DNA of 64,000 nucleotides from Opitutales bacterium (GCA_965226885.1 CBDDEL010000015.1:512001-576000), one strand, 5' to 3'; shown: positions 34,444-45,325, numbered from the stretch's first letter. Numbers and translations are program-made. Notes: generated from the sequence alone by a model not told the origin.

Positions 34444-35055
34444 ATGCCGAGCCGCCGGCTATCCACAGAAGGTTTTCTTTTAAGCAAGGAGGCCTCCGGT
34501 GAATCCTACCAACGTTATCAGGTATTCACTGTGGAGCATGGTTTGCTGCTTTGTCTGAAAAGGATATCCACTCGGAAAACCATAAAGGTTCAGCCGGATC
34601 TTTTCGACCGGGCCCAGTTGGAATTGGAGAAACCGCAATCGGGGGTGGCCTGGTTTCTGAGAGAATATACGGTCGTCGCGCGGCACGCCGGCATTGCCAG
34701 GAATTACAAAACTTTTCTCAGCGCTTCGGAATTTGCCGCCGCTCTGCTCAAAAACCTTTCGCATGTGGAAACTTTCGAGAAACTTTTCAGTTTGGCCGCC
34801 ATTGCTTTTGAATCCTGGGAAAAGGGTCATGATGCGGATGTGGTTCTCCTCAAATCGCTTTATCTGTTTGCCCGCCAGGAAGGTTATCCAGTCAAAGAAG
34901 ACTGGTGGCAAAATCTTTCCACCCAGGAACGCGAGCAGTCCGCCCGCATCCTCAATAAAAAAATAGAATTACTGGAAACCGGCGACCCTGCTTGCGCAGA
35001 CCTTCTGGACAATCTCAAAGGTTGGATAACACTAAGAACCGACATTCTGCTTTAA
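34444..35055 (+). CDS. RecO-like DNA repair protein
   Basis: N-terminal TEGFLL...GE....FT.EHG resembles the RecO OB fold; divergent. Confidence 0.6.
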   Translation: MPSRRLSTEGFLLSKEASGESYQRYQVFTVEHGLLLCLKRISTRKTIKVQPDLFDRAQLELEKPQSGVAWFLREYTVVARHAGIARNYKTFLSASEFAAALLKNLSHVETFEKLFSLAAIAFESWEKGHDADVVLLKSLYLFARQEGYPVKEDWWQNLSTQEREQSARILNKKIELLETGDPACADLLDNLKGWITLRTDILL

Positions 35056-35137
35056 TTGTGGAGGTTGCCGGTGGGATTGCGCTAAGGGATTGCCAAAGCG
35101 GGCATTTTTCGGCAACATTGCCCTACTTTGTAAAGCC

Positions 35138-35986
35138 ATGAAATACTTGACCTACATTTGTCTCATGGGGCTGTTCCCAGCCCTCTATTATCCATTGTGT
35201 GCCCAAGAGGACTCCTCAGTTGAGAGTTCGGAAGAACCAGACTCTGAAGAAGGGGAAGAGAAAAAAGACCAGGGACCGATGGCCACTGGCGCCAATGCGG
35301 CCAAATTGATCGAGTATCATTTGCAGGTGTTGGGGGGGCTGGAACAAATCAAATCCATTCGCACCCTCGCTATAAAAGGCCCATTGAAAGAGGGGAAAAA
35401 CAATTTTAACATGATATGGTACCGCAAAGCCCCCAACAAATACCGGGTCGAGCAGCACTACCGGAAACTGGGCCGGGATTATCGAACCATTCGGGTTTAT
35501 GACGGGAGAGCGGCCTGGACGCAAGTGGTCAAACCGAAACCGCCTGCGGTCATGGGCAAAGCCGAAGCCAGGGATTTCGCCCTGGAAGCCGATTTTTACG
35601 GACCGTTGGTCGATCACCCGACAAAAGGCCATTTTTTTGTCTACGACAGCCAGGCCAAGGTCTATGGCAAGCCTACCCATATCGTCAAAGGCAGGCTCAA
35701 CACCGGTGCCATTGTTTACTACTATTTCGACGTCCAGGACTACCTCCTACGTCGTTACGGTTTTACCGGGAAATTCGCCTCCTCAAAGGTCAACGCCGAC
35801 TACTACCCCAAAGGGTTTCGCAAGTTCAATGGTGTGGTCATGGAACTGGGACGCGAATACGTGGCCAACAAGGGAATCTACAAGGAGGTCGATTTTGAAA
35901 GCATAAAAGTGAACGTGGAAATTTCGGATGCACTCTTCACCATGCCCAAAAGCAAGGAACTCTGGCTGCGCCAAAAGGGAAAGTGA
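35138..35986 (+). CDS. Exported protein, outer-membrane lipoprotein-sorting-like
   Basis: Signal peptide, LGGLEQIKSIRT, YDGRAAW, NVEISDALFTMP. Confidence 0.6.
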   Translation: MKYLTYICLMGLFPALYYPLCAQEDSSVESSEEPDSEEGEEKKDQGPMATGANAAKLIEYHLQVLGGLEQIKSIRTLAIKGPLKEGKNNFNMIWYRKAPNKYRVEQHYRKLGRDYRTIRVYDGRAAWTQVVKPKPPAVMGKAEARDFALEADFYGPLVDHPTKGHFFVYDSQAKVYGKPTHIVKGRLNTGAIVYYYFDVQDYLLRRYGFTGKFASSKVNADYYPKGFRKFNGVVMELGREYVANKGIYKEVDFESIKVNVEISDALFTMPKSKELWLRQKGK

Positions 35987-36067
35987 TTCTTTTTGGAAAT
36001 GATGCGGGAAACAGGTGTCAGGATTTTTGCATTCTGTCTTCCATATTCTGAATTCTGTAATTAAGCC

Positions 36068-38407
36068 ATGCAGTTCAATCTTAGTGAGCGCAAGGCTTCC
36101 TTGAGTGTTCGTGAATTTGCCGAGTTCCGCATCGGCCCGACTGATGCCGGCTACGGTAGAAGCGGTCGCTGGAGAGCCGAAATCGGTCAGCGCTGGCATC
36201 GGGAAATGCAGTCCCAGGCCTTGCAGGAGAATTCCCGTGCACATTTTGAGATTTCTATTAACGGCGTTCTCAAGCACAAAAACTGGACTTTTGAACTCCA
36301 GGGGCGCATCGACCAGTTGATCGAAGAAGAACAACTTTTGCGGATTCGTGAAATCAAATCGGTCAACGCTGTGCTGCCTCAAAACGAGGAAGATTTGGAG
36401 GTCATTTATCCATCCCATTTCGTTCAGTTGGCCGCCTATTTGGCCCTTGCAGCCAAAGATCCCGCCTGGCAAAAAAAGCCTCTCGCCGGGGAACTCGTCT
36501 TTGTCGATATCGCCGATGGAATCACTCAGGAGGTAAGCATGGAGGCGGCCTCCGGAGCCAGGCTCTTCGACCAATTGGACAGGCTGCACGATTTTCTGAA
36601 GGAACGATGGCTCTCCCGCCAGCGCATTCGGGCCATGGATTTTCATAAGCCGTTTGAGGACCTACGCTCAGGCCAGGAAAACACCCAGCAAGAGCTTAAT
36701 TTCTTTCTCCATAAATCGGGACCGATTCTCTTTGAAGCGCCCACCGGTTTCGGAAAAACGGGCATGGCTTTGGAGTTTGCCTTGACCCATTTGCGAGAGG
36801 GCCTCTTCGAGCGTGTCATATACCTGACTGGCAAAGCGACGGGGCAATGGCAGGCCGTCAGCCAATTAAAGCAAATGGTCGCGCCAGCTGGCTCGGTGCA
36901 ATATTACCAGATGCGCAACCGGGCGAATCATGCTATCGCCTCGCCCCTACACACTTGTGGGGAGGGGATTAATTGCCGCCACCAATTGGAAGAGCGATGG
37001 GAGCGATCCGGCATCTCCCCGCCCCGCCTTTTCGAGAGCGGAACGGTGGAACTGGAGGACCTAAAATTGCTTGGAACCCAGACCGGCGTTTGCCCATTTG
37101 AAATTTCCAGAACCGTGCTGCCTTTTGCCGATATCTGGGTGGGCGATTATAATTATGTGTTTTCACCCCGCAATAACGGGATATTTTATGGCCAGCCCGG
37201 TTTCGACCCTGCTCGAACCCTCGTCATCGTGGACGAGGCCCACAACCTGCCGTCACGGGTGGCGGGCGCCTTTTCCTGCTTTTCATCGGGGGACACCGCC
37301 GAAGCCGTTTTGAGGGAATTGCGCTTTGCCGGATGCGCTCTTACGGTCACCCGGGCCTGGAAACATTACCTAAGTTTTTTAGAAAATCTCGAACCCGTTG
37401 AACGGCTCGACCTCCATCTCGAGTATGAACTGGGGGACACTCTCGAAGCCCTTGACCACCAGTTGCAGGGGAGCCGTTTCGATCCCGTCCTGATTTCCGC
37501 AAAAGCATGGGAGGAAATCTGGAAAATTTCTGAAATGAAAATTTTTTTGGAAAACCAGGCGCTGGAAAAACTCCTCTGGGTTCCCCGCAAGGGAAACCTC
37601 AACCTCACTTGCCTCGATGCCTCCGCCCAAATCGCGGCCACCCTGGGGGAATACCAAAAAACCCTTCTCATGTCGGCCACCCTCTCGCCCATCGATTATT
37701 TTCAAACTCGCTGCGGTCTGGAGCCCGGCAAGAGCCACCATTTACAGGCTGAAACGCCCTGGCGTGACTCAGCCTATGGCATCGCCATCGACGCCCGCGT
37801 GGACACCCGCTTCAAATCGAGAAAACGCTACTATTCGACCACCGCTGAAGCGGCCATCCTCATGCGTGAGTATTCCACGCAGCCTCTGGCCGTTTTTTTT
37901 CCTTCCTACCGCTACGCCGAAATCGTCGCCAACTACCTGGAGGCGGACCGGCCCGATTTTCGCGTCGCCTCCCAGCCACGCGGGCTCGACCTCGAAGACC
38001 AGGCCAGTTTTCTGGAAGACGCCCTGGCAACTTCCGATGTGTTGCTGCTGGTCATGGGCAGCGGATTCGCTGAAAGCGTCGATTTGCTGGGTGGCCGCGT
38101 AAGCCATGCCATGGTCGTCGGCCCCGCCCTGCCGAAGGTGAATGCAGAGCAAAATGCGCGCATGGAAGACCGCTCCCACCTCCCGCGCGAGACAGCATTC
38201 CGCCAGGTATATCAGGCGCCGGGGATGGTCAAGATCAACCAGGCGCTGGGTCGGCTGGTGAGAGCACCGGGCCAACGCGCCCATATTTTATTGCACTGCC
38301 GCAGATTTGCGGAAAATTCTTACCGCGAACTGCTGGACAAAGATTATCGCAACGCCCCAGTGCTCAAAAACACTGAATCTCTCATCAATTGGCTGGAATC
38401 CACCTAA
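36068..38407 (+). CDS. Rad3/DinG-family helicase with N-terminal PD-(D/E)XK nuclease domain
   Basis: GRID...EIKS...QLAAY nuclease motif; APTGFGKT, DYNY, DEAHNL, SATL, QALGRLVR. Confidence 0.88.
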   Translation: MQFNLSERKASLSVREFAEFRIGPTDAGYGRSGRWRAEIGQRWHREMQSQALQENSRAHFEISINGVLKHKNWTFELQGRIDQLIEEEQLLRIREIKSVNAVLPQNEEDLEVIYPSHFVQLAAYLALAAKDPAWQKKPLAGELVFVDIADGITQEVSMEAASGARLFDQLDRLHDFLKERWLSRQRIRAMDFHKPFEDLRSGQENTQQELNFFLHKSGPILFEAPTGFGKTGMALEFALTHLREGLFERVIYLTGKATGQWQAVSQLKQMVAPAGSVQYYQMRNRANHAIASPLHTCGEGINCRHQLEERWERSGISPPRLFESGTVELEDLKLLGTQTGVCPFEISRTVLPFADIWVGDYNYVFSPRNNGIFYGQPGFDPARTLVIVDEAHNLPSRVAGAFSCFSSGDTAEAVLRELRFAGCALTVTRAWKHYLSFLENLEPVERLDLHLEYELGDTLEALDHQLQGSRFDPVLISAKAWEEIWKISEMKIFLENQALEKLLWVPRKGNLNLTCLDASAQIAATLGEYQKTLLMSATLSPIDYFQTRCGLEPGKSHHLQAETPWRDSAYGIAIDARVDTRFKSRKRYYSTTAEAAILMREYSTQPLAVFFPSYRYAEIVANYLEADRPDFRVASQPRGLDLEDQASFLEDALATSDVLLLVMGSGFAESVDLLGGRVSHAMVVGPALPKVNAEQNARMEDRSHLPRETAFRQVYQAPGMVKINQALGRLVRAPGQRAHILLHCRRFAENSYRELLDKDYRNAPVLKNTESLINWLEST

Positions 38408-38741
38408 ACGGGCTGTTCCCTACCCTCCGGCCCGTAAAACAAGACCCACACCACAAGGTTGTCGGAGAAATCCTCGAACCGGTGCTCCATCCCCGCAGAA
38501 ACAAACAAAAATCACCGGGGCTAAACGGCAAACGGACCCCGCCTTTGAGAAAAAAACCCTCACCCTCAATCACAATATAAACTTCATCGCGAGTATGCGG
38601 AGTCTGCAAATCCTCGCCCCGCAGGGCATAAATCTCCACATCCAGAGAGCCATGCTCAAAAACAGTGGCAAACCGTTCCCCATCTGGCCCCGGAAGCTTC
38701 CCCAAAGCGTCCGCCACCGTAACTTTTTGCTCCTATGGCAT
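38404..38741 (-). pseudogene. Cupin protein, frameshifted
   Basis: QTPHTRDEVYIV motif. Adding one base in the A-run near 38507-38511 restores GDFLFVSAGMEHRFEDFSDNLVVWVLFYGPEGRE. Confidence 0.75.
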
Positions 38742-38835
38742 GCTAATAATTATTCCTTGTGAATAGCTCTTATCGATATCGAAACCAGTTTTATATTCCG
38801 TTATCCAGTGCCCGTTTATGGGATTGCCGATATTA

Positions 38836-39822
38836 TCAGGCGCAGCCGATGTCATCGGGGGACCATCGGGTAAAGGGTCGTCCAGCGACACCGGTTTTGA
38901 CCATACGGGAGCGTGCTTGCAGCCACATTTCCTTCCATTCCTCCGCATCTCTCAACTCGCTTTCGGGATTATTTTTGCTGCGGGCGATAAAGCCCGGATA
39001 CCAGGAACGACCGTTGGGTTGGCCCACCGGGTTGTAACGCAAATCGAAACTCCATCGGACGGTGTCGCTCATGTTCGGCAGGGCCGCATGCATGAGGGTT
39101 TTTTGGAAGAAAATAGCCGTGCCAGCCGGAACGGGCAGAGGTATGGATTTTTCCTCGTGCATTAAATCGGAACGAATGGCAACCAGCGCATGATTTACAC
39201 TTTGCGGGCTCGTTCGGCAATGCTGCACCAGTCCTTTTTTATGACTGCCGGGAATGGCCACCAGGCACCCATTTTCGACCGTCGCATCGGACACTGCAAC
39301 CCAGACCGAAATCACCTCGGTATGATCCGCCTCCGGGTCGATTACTCCAATATCCTGATGCCAGCCGGTGGCGGTGATTAGCGCGTTGTGCTTGTCTAAA
39401 GGGATTTTTCTTTCCGGTGGCTTGATGCGTATATGTTGGACTGCGTTACTGTAAATCTCCGGGCCAATCAGGTCCTCAACGATGTCGAGGATTCGTGGAT
39501 TACGCAAAACCCTATGAAAAACGGCCGGTCCCATATGGATTGGCGTATCTTCATCAAAATTTGGCGGAAGGCAGATATCGAGGGATTGATGAGTAACTGT
39601 CTCATTTAAAAACATGGTTGTAAACCGCTCCAGAAACGGAAGGTTTTCGCCTGAATCGAGCTCTCCTTCTGAGGATTCGTTTTTTTGGGCCTCCCGGTCA
39701 AGCACCTCCGAATATTCCGCCTCCAGCAATTTGATATCTTCCTCCGGATCCAGGATGCCTTCCACAATCAGGTAGCCATTCTGCTCGAAATGATTTAATT
39801 GAGATTCGCTTAATTGTTTCAT
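38836..39822 (-). CDS. Phytanoyl-CoA dioxygenase (PhyH) family 2OG-Fe(II) oxygenase
   Basis: WHQD, ENGCL..IPGSH, H...PN.S..VRWS. Confidence 0.9.
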   Translation of the reverse strand: MKQLSESQLNHFEQNGYLIVEGILDPEEDIKLLEAEYSEVLDREAQKNESSEGELDSGENLPFLERFTTMFLNETVTHQSLDICLPPNFDEDTPIHMGPAVFHRVLRNPRILDIVEDLIGPEIYSNAVQHIRIKPPERKIPLDKHNALITATGWHQDIGVIDPEADHTEVISVWVAVSDATVENGCLVAIPGSHKKGLVQHCRTSPQSVNHALVAIRSDLMHEEKSIPLPVPAGTAIFFQKTLMHAALPNMSDTVRWSFDLRYNPVGQPNGRSWYPGFIARSKNNPESELRDAEEWKEMWLQARSRMVKTGVAGRPFTRWSPDDIGCA

Positions 39823-39867
39823 GATTTCTGTATTTGTTTGCCTTAAATGAAATTAAAGAGCGCAACA

Positions 39868-40425
39868 TCAATCCCCAATGAGCACCAGTGTACCTTCTTC
39901 GCTATGGGTAAAGACATCAATCAGGTCGTTGTCCCTTAGGGCGATGCAGCCGCCGGTTTGGGGAGCGCCGATTCGGTTCTGGTGATTGGTGCCGTGGATG
40001 TAGATATAGCGGTTATAGGAGTCACAGCCGGATCCGCTGTTTATCCCTTTCTCCAGTCCCTTTAGCCAGAGAATCCGGGTGATAACGAGATTCTTTCGCC
40101 GCTCTTCGGGCGGGAAACCTGAAAAATGTTTGCCGGTGTACTGACGGCCAATGAAGACTCCACCATCTGGAACCCCGTGGCCGATCTTTTCTACGATTGT
40201 GTGCAATCCCATCGGAGTTCCGAATGAATTTTCTTTGCAGGAGGGAGGATTCCGGGAAGTAGAAACGGGATAAGAGGCCACTAATACATCAACATCATAG
40301 GAGAAAAAAAATAGTTTTTGCTCGCTTATAGATATGACGATAGCTTTTTTTGTGGGCTTGATTTTTTGAGCCTCACAGTATTCGATGAAGGATTTTAAAG
40401 GATTTATTACCAATGAGCCGTTCAT
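39868..40425 (-). CDS. L,D-transpeptidase family protein
   Basis: TPMGLH, IYIHGT...GGCI; start uncertain because it overlaps the asd start. Confidence 0.85.
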   Translation of the reverse strand: MNGSLVINPLKSFIEYCEAQKIKPTKKAIVISISEQKLFFFSYDVDVLVASYPVSTSRNPPSCKENSFGTPMGLHTIVEKIGHGVPDGGVFIGRQYTGKHFSGFPPEERRKNLVITRILWLKGLEKGINSGSGCDSYNRYIYIHGTNHQNRIGAPQTGGCIALRDNDLIDVFTHSEEGTLVLIGD

Positions 40426-41462
40426 ATAAAGTAGGTATTGTCGGAGCTACCGGCGCGGTTGGTCAAGAATTGATTCGACTGTTGATCGAGCGGGATTTCC
40501 CCGCCCGTGAAATATGCTTGTACTCATCAGCCCGGTCAGCCGGTTCCAGGATTGATTTTAAGGGACGCGAACTTCAAGTGCAGGAAGCCAGCGCGGAGAT
40601 TTTTACCGAACTGGATATTGCCCTATTTAGCGCCGGGGGCGAAATCACCAAAACGCTCGCCCCGCAGGCGGTTGAGCGGGGCTGCGTGGTGATCGACAAT
40701 AGTTCCGCTTTTCGCATGGAACCGGAGGTACCCCTCATTATCCCGGAAATCAATCCCCATGCGGCGAAAAATCACAAGGGCTTGATCGCCAACCCGAATT
40801 GCTCTACGGCGGTGGCCCTGATGGGTCTTTACCCGCTGCACCGGTTGTTTGGCCTGATTCGGTTTTTCGCTGCAACCTATCAAGCAGTCTCCGGCTCAGG
40901 GGCGGCCGCGATTGGTGAACTGGATAAGCAGACGCGGGATTGGGCCTCCGGCAATGCCATTGAGAGCGAGGTTTATCCGCACCAGATAGCCTTCAATCTT
41001 CTGCCCCACGTTGATATTTTTCTGGAAAACGGCTACACACGAGAAGAACTGAAAATGCGCAACGAAAGCGCCAAAATTATGGAAATTCCCGATTTACGGG
41101 CATCCTCCACCTGTGTGCGGGTGCCGGTTTTTCGCGCTCATTCCATAGCTGTCAATGCGGAATTTGAAAAACCGGTCGATATTGAGCAAGCCCGCCAAGC
41201 CATAGCTCAATCTCCTGGCAGTGAATTGGTGGACAACCCTAGCAATAACGAATACCCGATGCCCATTGACTACCAAGGTAGGGTCCCTTGCGGGATCGGC
41301 CGACTACGCAAGGACAGTGCATTTGATAATGGAATATCGTTCTGGGTAGTGGGAGACCAACTCTGGAAGGGGGCGGCCCTCAACACCATCCAGATAGCCG
41401 AATTGCTACACGAAAAAGGCCTCGTGGGGGTGGACGCCCACGCCCGGGTATCTGGCCATTAA
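40413..41462 (+). CDS. asd: Aspartate-semialdehyde dehydrogenase
   Basis: GATGAVG, DNSSAFRM, ANPNCST, CVRVPV, DQLWKGAALN. Confidence 0.96.
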   Translation: MSRSYKVGIVGATGAVGQELIRLLIERDFPAREICLYSSARSAGSRIDFKGRELQVQEASAEIFTELDIALFSAGGEITKTLAPQAVERGCVVIDNSSAFRMEPEVPLIIPEINPHAAKNHKGLIANPNCSTAVALMGLYPLHRLFGLIRFFAATYQAVSGSGAAAIGELDKQTRDWASGNAIESEVYPHQIAFNLLPHVDIFLENGYTREELKMRNESAKIMEIPDLRASSTCVRVPVFRAHSIAVNAEFEKPVDIEQARQAIAQSPGSELVDNPSNNEYPMPIDYQGRVPCGIGRLRKDSAFDNGISFWVVGDQLWKGAALNTIQIAELLHEKGLVGVDAHARVSGH

Positions 41463-41468
41463 CAAGTA

Positions 41469-41545
41469 GGGCTTGTAGCTCAGTTGGTTAGAGCGCCACG
41501 TTTACACCGTGGATGTCGGCGGTTCGAGTCCGTCCAAGCCCACCA
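41469..41545 (+). tRNA. tRNA-Val(TAC)
   Basis: Cloverleaf; anticodon arm CCACG-TTTACAC-CGTGG; GGTTCGAGTCC; CCA end. Confidence 0.95.
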
Positions 41546-41586
41546 TTTTCTTTACAGGTGTTCATAACCAGAAAGATATTATTTCC

Positions 41587-41626
41587 GCAGGAGTAGCTCA
41601 GTTGGCTGGAGCATCGGTTTCCTAAA
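41587..41626 (+). pseudogene. 5-prime half of tRNA-Arg(CCT)
   Basis: GCAGGAG-TAGCTCAGTTGGCTGGAGC-A-TCGGT-TTCCTAA-A, then no 3-prime half. Confidence 0.7.
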
Positions 41627-41676
41627 TGATTGCTCATCAAAATTCCTTCACAAAATCACACTTTGGGGACAGCCTT
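41627..41676 (+). mobile_element. Diverged right-end remnant of the IS5/ISNCY-like element
   Basis: Aligns by eye with 44221-44271 (…ATCAAAA…AAAATCAC…GGGACAGCCT). Confidence 0.65.
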
Positions 41677-41760
41677 TATGGTAGGCGCTGGTGATGAATT
41701 TGAGTCAATCTCATGGTGCTCGATTGCCAGTCGGTGCATAACGATTCAGAAAAAACATTT

Positions 41761-42066
41761 ATGATTGGAAAACTCTTCGATTTATCGGGTAAAATCGCCT
41801 TCATTACCGGTTCCAGCCGAGGCTTGGGATAAGTCTTCGCAGAGGGTCTGAGATCTGCCGGGGCCACCGTCATTTTGAACGGGCTCAATGAGCAGAGGTT
41901 GGGCACGGCCGTGGAGCGAATGGGCGACAGGGAATACCTGCGCGTGACATTCGGAAAACCTGAACACGGCGAGCGAGAGAGAATACGTCGTCAACTCGAA
42001 GCATACTGCGGGTTGGACACCGAAGGCATGTGGCAGATCATTTCGGCTCTGCGCGGCCTTGTTTGA
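41761..42066 (+). pseudogene. Chimeric remnant: SDR N-terminus joined to a DUF2779-like C-terminus
   Basis: MIGKLFDLSGKIAFITGSSRGLG*VFAEGL...ATVILNG, then RIRRQLEAYCGLDTEGMWQII. Confidence 0.6.
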
Positions 42067-42261
42067 TCCCGCTGCTCCCCGGCGTGCCAGATCCTCCATG
42101 ATTTCTGGGCGACCCCGGTTGTTTAATCGTTTCCGTATGAACCTGAGACCGTCCTCCACCAGAACGCTTCGGTTTGGCCGCAAGTCATTAAACCCAATTC
42201 TTGGCCGGTAACGGACAAATCTAAAGGTTCAGTCACAACGTTGATAATCAACAAATAAAAT

Positions 42262-42284
42262 TGGCGGGATAGACGGGACTTGAA
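42262..42284 (-). other. Isolated tRNA 3-prime end (Asp-like), att-site remnant
   Basis: Minus strand reads TTCAAGTCCCGTCTATCCCGCCA with no 5-prime half. Confidence 0.55.
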
Positions 42285-42450
42285 TTCGGGGTAACGGATT
42301 CTAAATTGTTTCATAAGTCACCTAATAGTCACCTAATATCATGGTGTTAAACATATTAGAAAATTGCGGGTTTTCAGTGATTTGGCAATGAGTGGCACGG
42401 AATGGAACCGAATAGAAGCAAAAGGATACACAAAATTGACACATAGAATG

Positions 42451-44271
42451 GAGGCTGTCCCAAAAATATAAAGATTTTATAGTCAACTGGATGACGTTGA
42501 TAAAAAGAGCCGGAAAGAGCAAGTTTTTGCTCGATCCGGCCAAAAAAGGGTTCTATAATTGAGTTAGCGAAAATCAATATAGCCCTTTCTATGAAAAATA
42601 TAGCCATCCAATGCCTCCTGCGTCCAGCTTTAACTGTGGTCGACCGGTGCCTCGATTACGATAACTTCCGCGCCACCATTGATCGAATCGATCGGCTGCT
42701 GATCGACTCGGAGGTGGAATCGCAGGCCATTGAGCTGGCCTTGGAGGGGTGGCCGCCAATGGGTCTAAAGGCCCGGCGGCAGCGGGCCAGTTTTGCCATC
42801 AAGGCACTCACTGCGCATGGATACGCTGGGCCGTCTGCTCGGAGGGATTTCGTTTCGGCATTTGTCGCGGGCTCTGGGCAGCAGCGATCTGTTGGCCGAC
42901 TTTTGCCGTGTCCGGCAGATCGATGGCATCAGGGGCATCTCCAAAAGCACCCTGGAGCGGGCCTCGAAGTTTTTCAGCGAAGAGCAGTTGAGGGCCTTGC
43001 ACCGGACCTTGACTGAGGTGGTGGGCGATGCCCTTCTGGCCCGGCAGGTGGGATTGGACAAGCCGATTGACACCACCATTTGCCTGATCGACGGCACCTG
43101 TTTGGAGGCTAACATTCATTGGCCGACGGACTGGGTATTACTCAAGGATGTAGCCGGCACGTTGCTCAAAGCGATCCGGCTGATCCGCGAGAAGGCCGGT
43201 TTGCGCCATCGCATGCCGATCGAACCGGAGCCCTTGGCTCGGCAGATGAATCGGCTGTGCATACAGATGACCCACAGCCGGCGGCGAAAGGACAGCGCGC
43301 GGCAGCGCAAGGGTATCTTGAGGCAGATGAAAAAGCTGCTCAAACGGATCGGGGAGCATGCCCGCAGTCACCGGGAATTATTGCAAGCCTGCTGGGAGCA
43401 AAGCGATTACAGCGAAAAACAGGTCCAACAGATCCTCGCCCGGATGGAGCGCATGAGCGAGCAAATCCCGGTGGTCATCAAACAGGCGCACGAGCGGATC
43501 ATTGGCGGCCGCCAGGTGAAAAACGCAGAGAAAGTCTTGAGTGTTTACGAACTCGATGGGCAGGTGATTGTGCGAGGTAAAGCGGGCCAAGAGGTCGAGT
43601 TCGGCAACACCCTGTTTTTGGGAGAAAGCATTGAAGGGTACCTGCTGGACTGGAAACTCTACGGCAGCCGAACTCCAAGCGAAAATGAACAAATGCAAGA
43701 GAGTTTGCAAAGACAGAACCGCTTCAACCTGGAAGAACCCATAGCGGCCATGTGCGCGGACCGGGGATTTGCCTCCCAGCGGGCCCGCCGGCAGTTAGCC
43801 CAGGAGGGAATCTACGACGCGCTCTGTCCACGCGATCCGAAGCAGTTGAAAAAACGGATGGAGGAACCACTGTTCAGACAATTGCAAAAGCGCCGGGCCA
43901 GCACCGAAGGGCGGATCGGGGTATTGAAGAATCGCTGGCAGGCCGGGCGGTTGCGCAGCAAAGGCTTTGCCAACCGCTCGATCAGCGTAGCCTGGTCGGT
44001 ACTCTCGCACAACCTATGGAAAGTAGCCAAGATGCTGGCCCAGCAAGACGAACTAAAAACCAAAGCGGTGGCCTAGAGAGCGGAAAAGCAAGGACAATAC
44101 TTTTTCACAGCCGTACTGTCGGCTCATACAAAGAAAACCAGGCAACCGGACCCCAAAACCAGTATCCTAACGTCATAGGAGAGCAAAGTTGATACTCTCC
44201 CAAATGCAAATACCTCTAAAATGAGCGCCTATCAAAAGCCCTCGCAAAAATCACCCTTTTGGGACAGCCTC
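42451..44271 (+). mobile_element. IS5/ISNCY-like insertion sequence (1821 bp)
   Basis: 15-bp TIR GAGGCTGTCCCAAAA; 7-bp TSD TAGAATG (42444-50 and 44272-78). Confidence 0.88.
42591..44076 (+). pseudogene. DDE transposase frameshifted by a CACT duplication at 42805-42812
   Basis: DGTCLEANIHWPTD, VRGKAGQEVEFG, ADRGF, RASTEGRIG. ORFs 42591 and 42793 join if 4 bp are removed. Confidence 0.85.
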
Positions 44272-44523
44272 TAGAATGGCAAGGGGGCGGGGGGGGTCGA
44301 GTGATTTCCCTGGTGGCGATATACGTATTGGTCAATCCATCTATCCTAGATATTTTACAAAAAGGCTTTCAGGAAGCATACACGTATTATTCAAATGCCG
44401 ATCAAAATTTTTTCTGTAAAGGGGGGATGAACCATAAATTGGGTGTCATCCCTTGCGGTGAGGGCAAAGAGCCGGACACAAACTGATTGACTTATGTTGG
44501 CAGCAAACTATACTGCAAAATTG

Positions 44524-45325
44524 GGTAGTGTATAAAAAAAGAATGTTATTTTGTATTTTTAGCTGTACAAATAGCGTTAGGCAGTTTATTTTTAGTGCAT
44601 GGTTACTAAAATTATTAATTGTCGGCACTGTGGAAGTGAAAATATCATTAAATTTGGCAAGACGCCCAACCATAAACAGCGCTACCGCTGCCATGATTGT
44701 GGTAAACAAAGCCGCGAAAACCCCACAGTGAAATACACCGAAGAGCAAAAAGAAATGATCCTTCGAGTCTATCAGGAACGCAGCAGTCTACGCGGTTTAC
44801 AGCGCGCCTTCGGGGTGAGTCCCAACACCTTTTTGAGTTGGTTAGAAAAAACGACAATCGCTGCGACCGCTCAAAAGCACGATTCTTGCGGCCCGCCGCC
44901 ATGATGTCATTGAACTGGACGAACTGTGGTCTTTTGTGGGGCGCAAGAGCGATGCCCAATGGGTTTGGATCGCTCTTTGCCGACGCACCCGTCAAATCCT
45001 CTCCTATGCCATTGGGCCTCGGGATTGGTATCGTTGCCGGGAACTTTACGAGCGTCTGCCACGGGCCTACAAAAGATGTGCCACCTACAGCGACTTTTGG
45101 AGCACTTATGATGAAGTCTTTCCTCATAACCGATCCGTGGGAAAAGAAACCGGTGAAACGGCCCATGTGGAACGATGGAACAATACCCTGCGCCAACGAC
45201 TGGGTCGTTTCACACGCAAAACCCTCTCCTTTTCCAAGCTTAAGAGTATGCATGAAACCTGTCTGAGACTTTTCATTCATCAATATAATCAAGAATTAGC
45301 CACCATTCCTACTTAATACACTACC
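44524..45325 (+). mobile_element. IS1-family element copy 1 (802 bp; InsA from 44599, InsB to 45316)
   Basis: Ends GGTAGTGTAT...ATACACTACC; 8-bp TSD CAAAATTG; zinc-ribbon CRHC...CHDC, ELDELWSFV, VERWNNTLRQR. Confidence 0.93.

Noticed and set aside
36068..38407. Type IV CRISPR CasDinG or Cas4 system
   Set aside because: No array or other cas genes; housekeeping neighbourhood.
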